This document shows, piece after piece, positions 56,255 through 64,000 of a DNA stretch of 64,000 bases; within the stretch, counting starts at the first letter, position 1, and each line of letters begins with the position of its first letter. Below the pieces are notes generated by a model, which ran no database searches, was not told where the DNA came from, and saw only the letters and a program-made list of their open reading frames with translations. Both the position numbers and the translations under genes were made by a program. The stretch covers positions 19,885-83,884 of the forward strand of contig JASEFR010000003.1 in the NCBI GenBank assembly GCA_030019025.1. The letters run 5' to 3'. Source of the DNA: a bacterium (lineage in GTDB: Bacteria; Hydrothermota; Hydrothermia; UBA1063).

Positions 56255-57440
56255 ATTTGTCCTTTTTTGGGCTCTAATCTCGCAGGGGTTAGAAACTCAA
56301 CAGAGTGGCGTTGAAAGCTCTCTTGCTTCTGAACTTTTTTCGGAGGAAGAGTATCTTTTGGGGCCTGGAGATTCAATATTGGTTATGCTAAAAGATCTGT
56401 CTTTGGGGTATACCACTTCTATAAACTTTGGCGGTTTTATGCCTCTTATGGTCCCCTATTTTGTGAAAGATTCTGTTCAGTTGAGGCCAGTTTCGTTAAA
56501 ACGCGTTTACAACATTTCTATTAAGGAGTTAAAGGACAGTTTAAAAGCCTGGTACAGTTCAATATTAAGGGTTAATGAGATAGATTTAATGGTGGTTTCG
56601 CCACGCTTACTCACTGTTCTCGTAAAAGGAGCTACTAACACCAATGGTCCTGCTATTGTAAGGGCGTCACAAAGGTTAACAAACCTTCTTTCGAGTGGAG
56701 ATTTCATTTGTAACTACGATGCTGACATCAACAGGATAATGATTCAGACTCCAAGAGAAGAAACCTTAGAAGTGGACCTTGAAAAGTATTACATGACGGG
56801 AGAGTTAATATACAATCCTCTTCTTGCAAGAGCGAAAGCAGTTTTTGTTCCAAGAATAGAGAAAGGCATAGTGATTTTCGGGGCAGTTAAAGGGTACCCG
56901 ATTAAAATGTTTCAGAAACAGTTGATTCAGGCCCTTGGAGGAAACTTTACTGTATCTTTTGAGGCAAATGTTATTAAGGTTCCCTGTTCTGATAGCTTAA
57001 GGGTATCAGACGTTTTGGATAGGGCAGGTGGTGTAAGGTCCTATGCTCTCTTGAATGAGCTTTACAGCGGTAAGAAGGGGAAAGTAACCTTTGATGATTA
57101 CTTATATGTGGGGGATACTCTTTACGTTCCACCTTTTACCGATAAAGTTTTCGTGGCAGGTGAAGTGAGAAATCCTGGATATGTTCCATATTTACCTGGT
57201 GCCACACTGGAAACTTACCTATCCTATTGTGGAGGTTTCACGAACAGAGCTGCTTCTCACAGGATTTATGTTATAAGAGCAAATAAAAAGGTGCCAAAAA
57301 GTAAAATAGGTACCGTTCAGCCCGGGGATATAATATTTGTCCCCGAAGTTAGATTAAAGTGGTTTGAGGATTACCTTACGCTGGCCCAAGTTGTTAGTTC
57401 TCTTTTAATCACATGGGTTACCCTTAAAAGTCTTCAATAG
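56247..57440 (+). CDS. polysaccharide export protein with tandem SLBB domains (Wza-like)
   Basis: Signal peptide. SLBB motif VFVAGEVRNPGYVPYLPGATLETYLSYCGGFT, plus an earlier copy. Confidence 0.55.
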   Translation: MIKFVLFWALISQGLETQQSGVESSLASELFSEEEYLLGPGDSILVMLKDLSLGYTTSINFGGFMPLMVPYFVKDSVQLRPVSLKRVYNISIKELKDSLKAWYSSILRVNEIDLMVVSPRLLTVLVKGATNTNGPAIVRASQRLTNLLSSGDFICNYDADINRIMIQTPREETLEVDLEKYYMTGELIYNPLLARAKAVFVPRIEKGIVIFGAVKGYPIKMFQKQLIQALGGNFTVSFEANVIKVPCSDSLRVSDVLDRAGGVRSYALLNELYSGKKGKVTFDDYLYVGDTLYVPPFTDKVFVAGEVRNPGYVPYLPGATLETYLSYCGGFTNRAASHRIYVIRANKKVPKSKIGTVQPGDIIFVPEVRLKWFEDYLTLAQVVSSLLITWVTLKSLQ

Positions 57441-58178
57441 TTTTAAATAAATAGGACTTAAGTACGCAAATTTATTTGATATAGTTTCCTTTGGGTACTC
57501 GATAAAGTTGTAAAAGGTATCGATTTTTAAGGAGATACTGAAATCTGTTAAATAGATAGATCTCCTTGGAATCTCAAGAAGGTCTAAAGGGAATTTCAAT
57601 TTCCCGCTGGATTTAAATGCAAATTTAATTCCCAGTTCAACTAAAACATCTTTAACTTTCTGGTTGAACTTACCAAAAGGATACGAAAAGGTATACACTC
57701 TATTTCCTAATATATCTTCGAGTGTTTCTATAGAGGTTTTAATTTCCTCCTTCAGTTTTTGCGCTGATAAAGTTGTAAGATCTTTATGGCCGTGGGAGTG
57801 GGAGCCTATTATCCATCCGCTTTTATGTAATGTTTTTATCTCTTCTCGCCCCAGATGAGGCAGAGAAGAGAGTAGTGGAACTTCCCATTCACTTATTTTT
57901 CCTATGTACTTTGTAACTACAAAAACTACCCCCTTAAATCCGTATTTATTCATAATTGGGTATGCGTGTTCGAATACACTTTTATATCCATCATCAAAAG
58001 TGATTAGCACCTTTCTTTCAAGAACCTTAGGGGAACACAGAGAGTCCAATTCTTCTAAATTGGTGAATCTATGCTTTCTCAACTCTTTTAAGTGATTTTG
58101 AAAAATCCTTTTCTGAACAGTTCCAGGATTGAACGTAATTATGGGAGAAATGTGATGATACTGAAGTAGAAGTAGCAT
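57405..58178 (-). CDS. polysaccharide deacetylase (NodB homology domain)
   Basis: ITFDDGYKSV motif 1 and the HSHGH His-rich motif 2. Confidence 0.7.
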   Translation of the reverse strand: MLLLLQYHHISPIITFNPGTVQKRIFQNHLKELRKHRFTNLEELDSLCSPKVLERKVLITFDDGYKSVFEHAYPIMNKYGFKGVVFVVTKYIGKISEWEVPLLSSLPHLGREEIKTLHKSGWIIGSHSHGHKDLTTLSAQKLKEEIKTSIETLEDILGNRVYTFSYPFGKFNQKVKDVLVELGIKFAFKSSGKLKFPLDLLEIPRRSIYLTDFSISLKIDTFYNFIEYPKETISNKFAYLSPIYLKLLKTFKGNPCD

Positions 58179-58393
58179 ATGATGTTAATTTTATTACCTT
58201 AAATATGTTAAAACAAAGTATAAAATCAAAAGCAACGATTTCCACCTTTTTAAGACCTAAAATTCGTAAAGCAATATTAAATTTAAATAGAAATGCCATT
58301 TCCTTTGAAATATAACGGGAGAGGAATGTTGCATCTAACTTTCTAATTGACAGTCACTTATATTAGTTAACATAAGATACATTATGAGAAGTT

Positions 58394-59428
58394 ATGCAAA
58401 GTGGTTTTGGCTGTGATGGACGTGCGATGTTTGAATTTCCAACAATTTTCTTTTATCTTTTACTTATGATAAAAAGTGAAAATATTGATTTAAAAACCAG
58501 ATGGTATGATTACTTTTTTCTGTTAAGGCCCATTTTGTGGGTACCAGTTTGGGTATTCCTTTTCTTAGGATACATGTATGGAGCTCGACTTGAGTTTATG
58601 AAGATTCATCTGTTCCTTTCCAGAAAATTTTGGTTTGTTCTGATCTCATATACTTTGCTTATGAGCTCTGTTTATGTGATAAATCAGATTGTGGACAAAG
58701 AGTCCGACAGAATCAATGAAAAACTATTTCTCATTCCATATGAAATCATATCTGTTAGAAGTGCGGTAATCGTGTCGGTTTTGCTGGCTTTTTCGAGTTT
58801 GATTTTATCCTATTTTTTAGGTGGGTTTGTTTTGTTTTTGTTGTTTTTTGTTTCATTAATTTTGGGTCTTCTTTACTCTTTACCACCATTTCAATTTAAA
58901 GCCCGGCCTTTTTTGGATTTTATAATAAATGGCCTCGGATATGCCTTCATAGCCCTCCTTGTGGGTTGGTATACCGCTGAGAACTTAAATTTGCACGCCA
59001 TTATAGTATCTTTGGGCTATTTTATCCTTGTATGCGCCATCTTTATTAACACTACAATTCCAGACATCCCTGGTGACAAGAAAACAGGCAAAATTACAAC
59101 AGGGGTATTTTTAGGAAACAGATTGTCTTTAATACTCTCCTCTTCTCTTTTTATCCTTGCTCTCATTTACGCTTTTCTTGAAATGGATTTATTGGTTATC
59201 GTTCCGTCTTTACTTGGTGCAATATTCTCGATTCTAGCTTTGTGGGATAACACAGAGGATATGGTTATTACTAAGCTTTCATACCGGGTGCCTTCCTTCA
59301 TTTTCATTCTTCTCGTATCAATAAAATTTCCAATTTTTTTGGTCATAAACCTTGTTTTGCTTTTTGTGTTAAGGAAATATTATAAAACCCGTTTCGGTTT
59401 AGATTACCCAGCAATGCTTGGAAGGTGA
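58394..59428 (+). CDS. UbiA-family membrane prenyltransferase
   Basis: About 8 TM helices. The first Asp-rich motif is NQIVDKESDRIN and a second D-rich region follows. The start is uncertain, since internal Met candidates exist. Confidence 0.6.
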   Translation: MQSGFGCDGRAMFEFPTIFFYLLLMIKSENIDLKTRWYDYFFLLRPILWVPVWVFLFLGYMYGARLEFMKIHLFLSRKFWFVLISYTLLMSSVYVINQIVDKESDRINEKLFLIPYEIISVRSAVIVSVLLAFSSLILSYFLGGFVLFLLFFVSLILGLLYSLPPFQFKARPFLDFIINGLGYAFIALLVGWYTAENLNLHAIIVSLGYFILVCAIFINTTIPDIPGDKKTGKITTGVFLGNRLSLILSSSLFILALIYAFLEMDLLVIVPSLLGAIFSILALWDNTEDMVITKLSYRVPSFIFILLVSIKFPIFLVINLVLLFVLRKYYKTRFGLDYPAMLGR

Positions 59429-59432
59429 AACT

Positions 59433-61145
59433 ATGCTTAGAACGCATACGTGTGGCGAGTTAAATTTATCACATTGTGGGAAAGAAGTCACTCTTGCTGG
59501 ATGGGTAAGGCGTCTTAGAGACTTGGGTGGCGTAGTCTTTATTGAGTTGCGAGATATGTATGGAAGTGTTCAGATAATAGTTGAACCTGATAGGAAGGAA
59601 TTAATAGAAAAAGCAAAAAATATTGGGCTGTATTATGTTATAAAAGTTCAGGGTGTTGTGAGAAAAAGACCGGATGAGATGGTTAATCCTTCAATGCCCA
59701 CTGGGAGCATCGAAGTTGAAGCTCAAAATATAGAGGTGCTAAATACTACTCCGCCCCTACCATTCCTGCCAGAAGACGATATTAAAGTACAGGAAGAAAC
59801 AAGGTTACTTTGGAGATTCCTTGATCTACGGAGACCGTTAATGCAGAAAAATCTGATTTTCAGGCATCAAATGCTTCAACTTGTTAGGAATTATCTTTCC
59901 AGCAAGGGATTTATTGAAATAGAAACACCTTTTTTGACAAAAAGTACTCCAGAAGGTGCCAGAGATTTTATTGTGCCCTCCAGAAATTTCCCAGGGAAGT
60001 TTTATGCTTTACCGCAATCTCCTCAAATGTACAAGCAGATTCTCATGTCTGCAGGTTTTGATAGATATTTCCAGATCGTCAGGTGTTTCAGAGACGAAGA
60101 TTTGCGACAGGATAGACAGCCTGAATTCACTCAAATTGACCTTGAAATGAGTTTCCCGGATATTGAAGACATTTTTTCTCTTGTGGAAGGCATGTTTAAG
60201 GAAATATTTAAGCAACTTCTTAATTATGATTTGCCAACTCCTTTTGAAAGAATAACTTATCATGAGGCGATGACCCGTTTTGGCAGCGATAAACCGGACT
60301 TAAGAATAAGAGAAGAGATTAGGGATTTTACCGAGATTTTTAAGGATAGCTCCAGTGAGATTTTGAGTTCTATTATGAGGGAAGGTGGAAAAGTTTTGGC
60401 AATTAGGGCTCAAAGAGATTTTAGTAGAAAAGAAATCGAAGAGATCAGAGAGGAAATTATTCGTGAAGGTGCGAAAGGGTTATTATACTTTAAAGCCGAA
60501 AACGGGCAGTATTCTGGCCAGCTTGCTAAATTCATACCCCACGGTATTGAGCTGGAAAACGGTTTTTATTTTGTAATTGCTGGTCAAGATAACTATAAGA
60601 CTTACAGCTATTTAGGAAAATTAAGAAATATAGTTTTAAAGCCAGAGGAAGAAGGTTTTAAGTTTCTGTGGGTATATGATTTTCCGCTCTTTGAATGGAA
60701 TGAAGAAGAACAAAGGATTGAACCATGTCATCACATGTTTACCCAGCCTAAGGAAGAGCAAATTTCACTTCTCAATACAGACCCTCTTAAGGTTATAGGT
60801 AAACAATACGACCTCGTGTTAAACGGCGTTGAAATAGCATCTGGCTCAATCAGGAATCACAATGTGGATTTGCAAAGGAAGATTATGAAAATAATAGGTT
60901 TAAGCGATGAAAGAATTGAGAAAAACTTTGGTTTTCTACTGAAAGCCCTGGAGTATGGGGCTCCTCCCCATGGTGGGATCGCCCTGGGATTTGATAGAAT
61001 AGTAGCTATGCTTCTCGGCATGGAAAGTATTAGGGATTGTATAGCGTTTCCAAAAACCACAAGTGCTCAAGCACTTTTCGAAAATGCCCCCAGCGAAGTG
61101 GACCAAAAGCAGCTTGATGAATTACATATAAAAGTTGACGAATAA
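59433..61145 (+). CDS. aspS: aspartate--tRNA ligase
   Basis: The N-terminal OB-fold region (RTHTCGELNLSHCGKEVTLAGWV) aligns with AspRS. Class II motifs 1-3 are present (FRDEDLR, GGIALGFDR). Confidence 0.9.
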   Translation: MLRTHTCGELNLSHCGKEVTLAGWVRRLRDLGGVVFIELRDMYGSVQIIVEPDRKELIEKAKNIGLYYVIKVQGVVRKRPDEMVNPSMPTGSIEVEAQNIEVLNTTPPLPFLPEDDIKVQEETRLLWRFLDLRRPLMQKNLIFRHQMLQLVRNYLSSKGFIEIETPFLTKSTPEGARDFIVPSRNFPGKFYALPQSPQMYKQILMSAGFDRYFQIVRCFRDEDLRQDRQPEFTQIDLEMSFPDIEDIFSLVEGMFKEIFKQLLNYDLPTPFERITYHEAMTRFGSDKPDLRIREEIRDFTEIFKDSSSEILSSIMREGGKVLAIRAQRDFSRKEIEEIREEIIREGAKGLLYFKAENGQYSGQLAKFIPHGIELENGFYFVIAGQDNYKTYSYLGKLRNIVLKPEEEGFKFLWVYDFPLFEWNEEEQRIEPCHHMFTQPKEEQISLLNTDPLKVIGKQYDLVLNGVEIASGSIRNHNVDLQRKIMKIIGLSDERIEKNFGFLLKALEYGAPPHGGIALGFDRIVAMLLGMESIRDCIAFPKTTSAQALFENAPSEVDQKQLDELHIKVDE

Positions 61146-61157
61146 TTGAGTTTTCTT

Positions 61158-62042
61158 TTATCCTCTTGGGTGGTAAGTTTTGTGAATCTTCTTGAGGTAG
61201 TCTTTGTCAAGATGAGTATATATCTGGGTTGTCATAAGCGAGGAGTGTCCGAGGAAGACCTGGAGAGTTCTTAAATCACAACCGTTTTTCAGCATATGAG
61301 TTGCAAAGGTGTGTCGTAAAATGTGTGGATAGATTCTTTTGTTTATCCCCGCCTTTAATGCATATTCTTGTAATATTTTCCACACCGATACCCTTGAAAT
61401 AGGTCCACCCCTTAGATTTAGAAATACCTTATCTTCTCCCCTCTTCCGTACAAGCCTCGGCCTGACTTCATACAAATACATGGTCAAGTATTTTTCAGTA
61501 TAATCGTTAAAGGGTACTATTCTTTCTTTGTTCCCTTTTCCTATAACCTTAAGGATTTTTTCGTCAAGTAAGACGTTCTGTACTTTTAAATTTGTTAATT
61601 CTGAAACTCTAATCCCTGTTGCATAAAGAAGTTCTAACATAGATTTATCTCTCAAACCTTTGGGTGTAGTTGTGTCTGGAGCATCAAGAAGACGTATCAC
61701 TTCATCGATAGTTAAAAATTCTGGAAGTTTGATTTCTTTTTTAGGTATCTGAATATCTAAAGAGATGCTTAGTTTTGCTTTTTCTTCGATTTCTAAAAAA
61801 CTGCAGAAAGATTTTAGAGCTGAAAAAGTTCTTGAACGTGTATTTTGAGAATATTTCTGGACAGATAGATATTCTGCAAAGCTGTCAATATCTTCCAGTG
61901 TTATTTCATTGATTTCAACGTCGCCTCTAAATTCCAAGAACTTTTCAAGGTCTCGCCTGTAAGACTCAGCGGTGTTTAACGAAAGACCTCTTTCTTCAAG
62001 TATATATGCTAAAAAGCTGCTGATTGCATCACTTAATTTCAT
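61158..62042 (-). CDS. xerD: tyrosine site-specific recombinase XerD/XerC (chromosome dimer resolution)
   Basis: R..H..R..Y catalytic region: HILRHTFATHMLKNGCDLRTLQVFLGHSSLMTTQIYTHL. The 294-aa length and the N-terminal core-binding domain fit. Confidence 0.8.
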   Translation of the reverse strand: MKLSDAISSFLAYILEERGLSLNTAESYRRDLEKFLEFRGDVEINEITLEDIDSFAEYLSVQKYSQNTRSRTFSALKSFCSFLEIEEKAKLSISLDIQIPKKEIKLPEFLTIDEVIRLLDAPDTTTPKGLRDKSMLELLYATGIRVSELTNLKVQNVLLDEKILKVIGKGNKERIVPFNDYTEKYLTMYLYEVRPRLVRKRGEDKVFLNLRGGPISRVSVWKILQEYALKAGINKRIYPHILRHTFATHMLKNGCDLRTLQVFLGHSSLMTTQIYTHLDKDYLKKIHKTYHPRG

Positions 62043-62499
62043 TTTGGAGTAGTTTACTGCAGATATTAAAGCGCGAGCAATTTACTCTGATTTGCCTCTG
62101 CTTTTCACCTACTATATTTATTGAAAAGGTTATTAAATTTTCCGATGTTAAGAAATCCCTAATTATTTCGGGCCATTCGATGAACCTTATCGAATCGGGT
62201 TCAGAAAGGAGGTCGAGTATTCCTCTGATTTCGATTTCCTCAAAGTCTTTGATTCGGAAAAGATCTATGTGATGAACAGTATAGTAAGGCGTTTTAAAAG
62301 AGTTTACCACTGTGAAGGACGGACTTCTTACCACATTGTGCCCAAAGTAAGATAAAAAACCTCTTACAAGCTCTGTTTTACCTGCTCCCAATTCCCCTAT
62401 GAGTAATACATCAAAAGGTGGCGTGAGGAACTTTGCTAATCTTACACCAAATTCTCTTGTTTCCTCTGGCGAGTTTGTGACAATATTGAATTCAGTCAT
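62029..62499 (-). CDS. tsaE: tRNA threonylcarbamoyladenosine biosynthesis ATPase TsaE (YjeE)
   Basis: P-loop GELGAGKT. The ~155-aa length and the conserved Trp/His-rich C-terminus fit. Confidence 0.8.
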   Translation of the reverse strand: MTEFNIVTNSPEETREFGVRLAKFLTPPFDVLLIGELGAGKTELVRGFLSYFGHNVVRSPSFTVVNSFKTPYYTVHHIDLFRIKDFEEIEIRGILDLLSEPDSIRFIEWPEIIRDFLTSENLITFSINIVGEKQRQIRVNCSRFNICSKLLQNEIK

Positions 62500-64000
62500 A
62501 GAATTCCAAAAGTTCTGGCATTATTTTCTTAATGTATTCTTTAATTACTTTCTTAACTTCTTTTGAGCTTGGAAGTTTTATGGCGTTTGAAGCTATATTT
62601 TCTGCTTCCTGAAGATTTATTCTTCTTATAAGTGATTTTACTTCAGGGATACGAGAAGGTGGGCATGACAGTTCATCTACCCCAAGGCCTACAAGGACGA
62701 CAACTCCATAAGGGTCAGAGGCTATCTCTCCACAAGATGCAACTAAGATATTTTTTTCACGGCATACCTCTGTTGCTATTTTAATTAACTTTAAAACAGC
62801 GGGATTTAAGTGGTCAAAAATTTTTGAAACCCTTTGATTTTTTCTGTCCACGGCCAACGTATACTGGGTAAGATCATTTGTTCCAATACTTATGAAATCA
62901 ACAATTTCTGCTATGTGTTCCAGAAGAAGCACTGCAGAGGGAATTTCTACCATAATACCGAAGCGCGGTTGATTAACTTTTTGATATTCCCTCTCTGACA
63001 CTTTTTTCGCCTGTATGAATATCTTTTTAGCTTCTACTACCTCTTCGACTGTTGCAACCATGGGTAGCATAAATCTGATGTTACTAAGCTCGTTGGCTCT
63101 AATTACCGCGCGTATTTGCTTTTCAAATAGTGTAGGTTCGTCGAGAAGTAATCTTATGCCTCTGAGGCCTAAGAAGGGATTATCCTCCTGATAATCGCTA
63201 TACAACTTATCTCCACCTATATCAAAAGCCCTTATTGTAACTGAGTTGGGGTAAACATTTCTTGCGATCTCAAGATAAATTTTATATTGTGCTTCTTCAT
63301 TGTCTCCATATTCCCTGAAAATCATCTCTGTTCTAAATAGTCCGATCCCATACTTTCCGATTTTCAATAATTCTTGTACCTCTTCAGGAACATCAATATT
63401 CGCAAAAAGTCCTATTTCTTTGCCATCCGTTGTAATTGCTGGAAGTTCTCGTTCACTTACAAGCTCAGATTCATATTTTTCATAGTCTCTTTTTATTAGG
63501 TTATACCTTTCAAGGGTAGAATCCATTGGGTTAATTATAACAACTCCTTTGCCACCGTCCAGTATAACAACGTCATTATCTTCAAGGAGTTTTGTAATTT
63601 TCTCAATACCAAATACTGCCGGGATTTTAAAATTTCTCAGAATAATTGCAGAGTGTTCGGTACGACCGCCCTTCTCTGTAATTACCCCTTTTACATTGCT
63701 TCTGATAATCCTTAGTGCTTCATCTATTGAAAGACTCTCAATTATTATAATTCCATCAAAATTAAAATCTGCAATAGTGTAACTTTTGTTAATTACCGAT
63801 ATCAAATCCGATGCTAATCTTTCTAATTCATTTGCTCTTTCTGCGAAATAAACTGACCCCTGTTTTAGTAGAGCTTCTTTTCTGGAGTTCAGAACATGTT
63901 GAATCGCACTCTCTACATTTTTTCTTTTGTTTCGTATAAAGGTTATGATGTCCCTTTGCATTTCTTGGTCGCTAAGTATAGTAATCTGGACATCGATAAG
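62492..64000 (-). CDS. ptsI: phosphoenolpyruvate-protein phosphotransferase (PTS enzyme I), 5' end beyond window
   Basis: Phospho-His domain GGRTEHSAIILR, and PEP-binding TIM-barrel motifs (RTEMIF, DIGGDK, MVEIPSAV, SIGTNDLTQYTLAVDR). The N-terminal ~80 aa is missing, so the ORF continues past 64000. Confidence 0.8.
   Translation of the reverse strand, partial: LIDVQITILSDQEMQRDIITFIRNKRKNVESAIQHVLNSRKEALLKQGSVYFAERANELERLASDLISVINKSYTIADFNFDGIIIIESLSIDEALRIIRSNVKGVITEKGGRTEHSAIILRNFKIPAVFGIEKITKLLEDNDVVILDGGKGVVIINPMDSTLERYNLIKRDYEKYESELVSERELPAITTDGKEIGLFANIDVPEEVQELLKIGKYGIGLFRTEMIFREYGDNEEAQYKIYLEIARNVYPNSVTIRAFDIGGDKLYSDYQEDNPFLGLRGIRLLLDEPTLFEKQIRAVIRANELSNIRFMLPMVATVEEVVEAKKIFIQAKKVSEREYQKVNQPRFGIMVEIPSAVLLLEHIAEIVDFISIGTNDLTQYTLAVDRKNQRVSKIFDHLNPAVLKLIKIATEVCREKNILVASCGEIASDPYGVVVLVGLGVDELSCPPSRIPEVKSLIRRINLQEAENIASNAIKLPSSKEVKKVIKEYIKKIMPELLEFYD

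Noticed and set aside
58179-58393. 215-nt AT-rich divergent intergenic region (polysaccharide deacetylase / UbiA), checked for small RNA or repeat structure
   Set aside because: No stable hairpins, repeats or conserved motifs were recognised. It is probably just two divergent promoters.
1-64000. Looked for CRISPR arrays, tandem repeats, IS elements, phage integrases, rRNA
   Set aside because: No regularly spaced direct repeats and no transposase or phage-type integrase motifs were found. The only tyrosine recombinase (61158-62042) has XerD size and context (next to tsaE) and is housekeeping. There is no rRNA-like sequence.

Overview
This 64 kb window is a densely coded, low-GC (roughly mid-30s %) chromosomal region, probably from a thermophile-like diderm bacterium, since LPS genes kdsD and an lptC-like gene are present. 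It is mostly housekeeping. Central metabolism: gap-pgk, tkt, gcvPB, ispG. Translation and RNA: tRNA-Ser, aspS, lepA, hpf, tsaE, nrnA, thpR. PTS regulation: hprK and a 5'-truncated ptsI. DNA repair: a translationally coupled sbcD-sbcC(TM-containing)-addA-addB four-gene operon, polX, mutL, lexA, xerD. Cell envelope and exopolysaccharide: a Wzc-like BY-kinase, SLBB export proteins, a UDP-sugar dehydrogenase, a GT4 glycosyltransferase, a polysaccharide deacetylase. I found no CRISPR array, transposase, phage integrase or rRNA. The most unusual locus (27475-34087, minus strand) is a three-gene operon. It encodes a 1.2 kDa-class multidomain protein (zinc ribbon + class III nucleotidyl cyclase + STAND/AAA ATPase + long TPR array), followed by a 544-aa all-helical unknown protein and an HD-GYP phosphodiesterase. 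This is a self-contained candidate cyclic-nucleotide writer/eraser module whose architecture resembles Avs-like STAND sensors and Pycsar-type cyclases. The second notable locus is the SbcD/SbcC-like pair, in which a predicted transmembrane hairpin replaces the zinc hook (YhaO/YhaN-like), fused into one operon with AddAB. All annotations are from reading motifs in the supplied translations. I could run no database searches. Coordinates for RNA and regulatory elements may be off by 1-2 nt.
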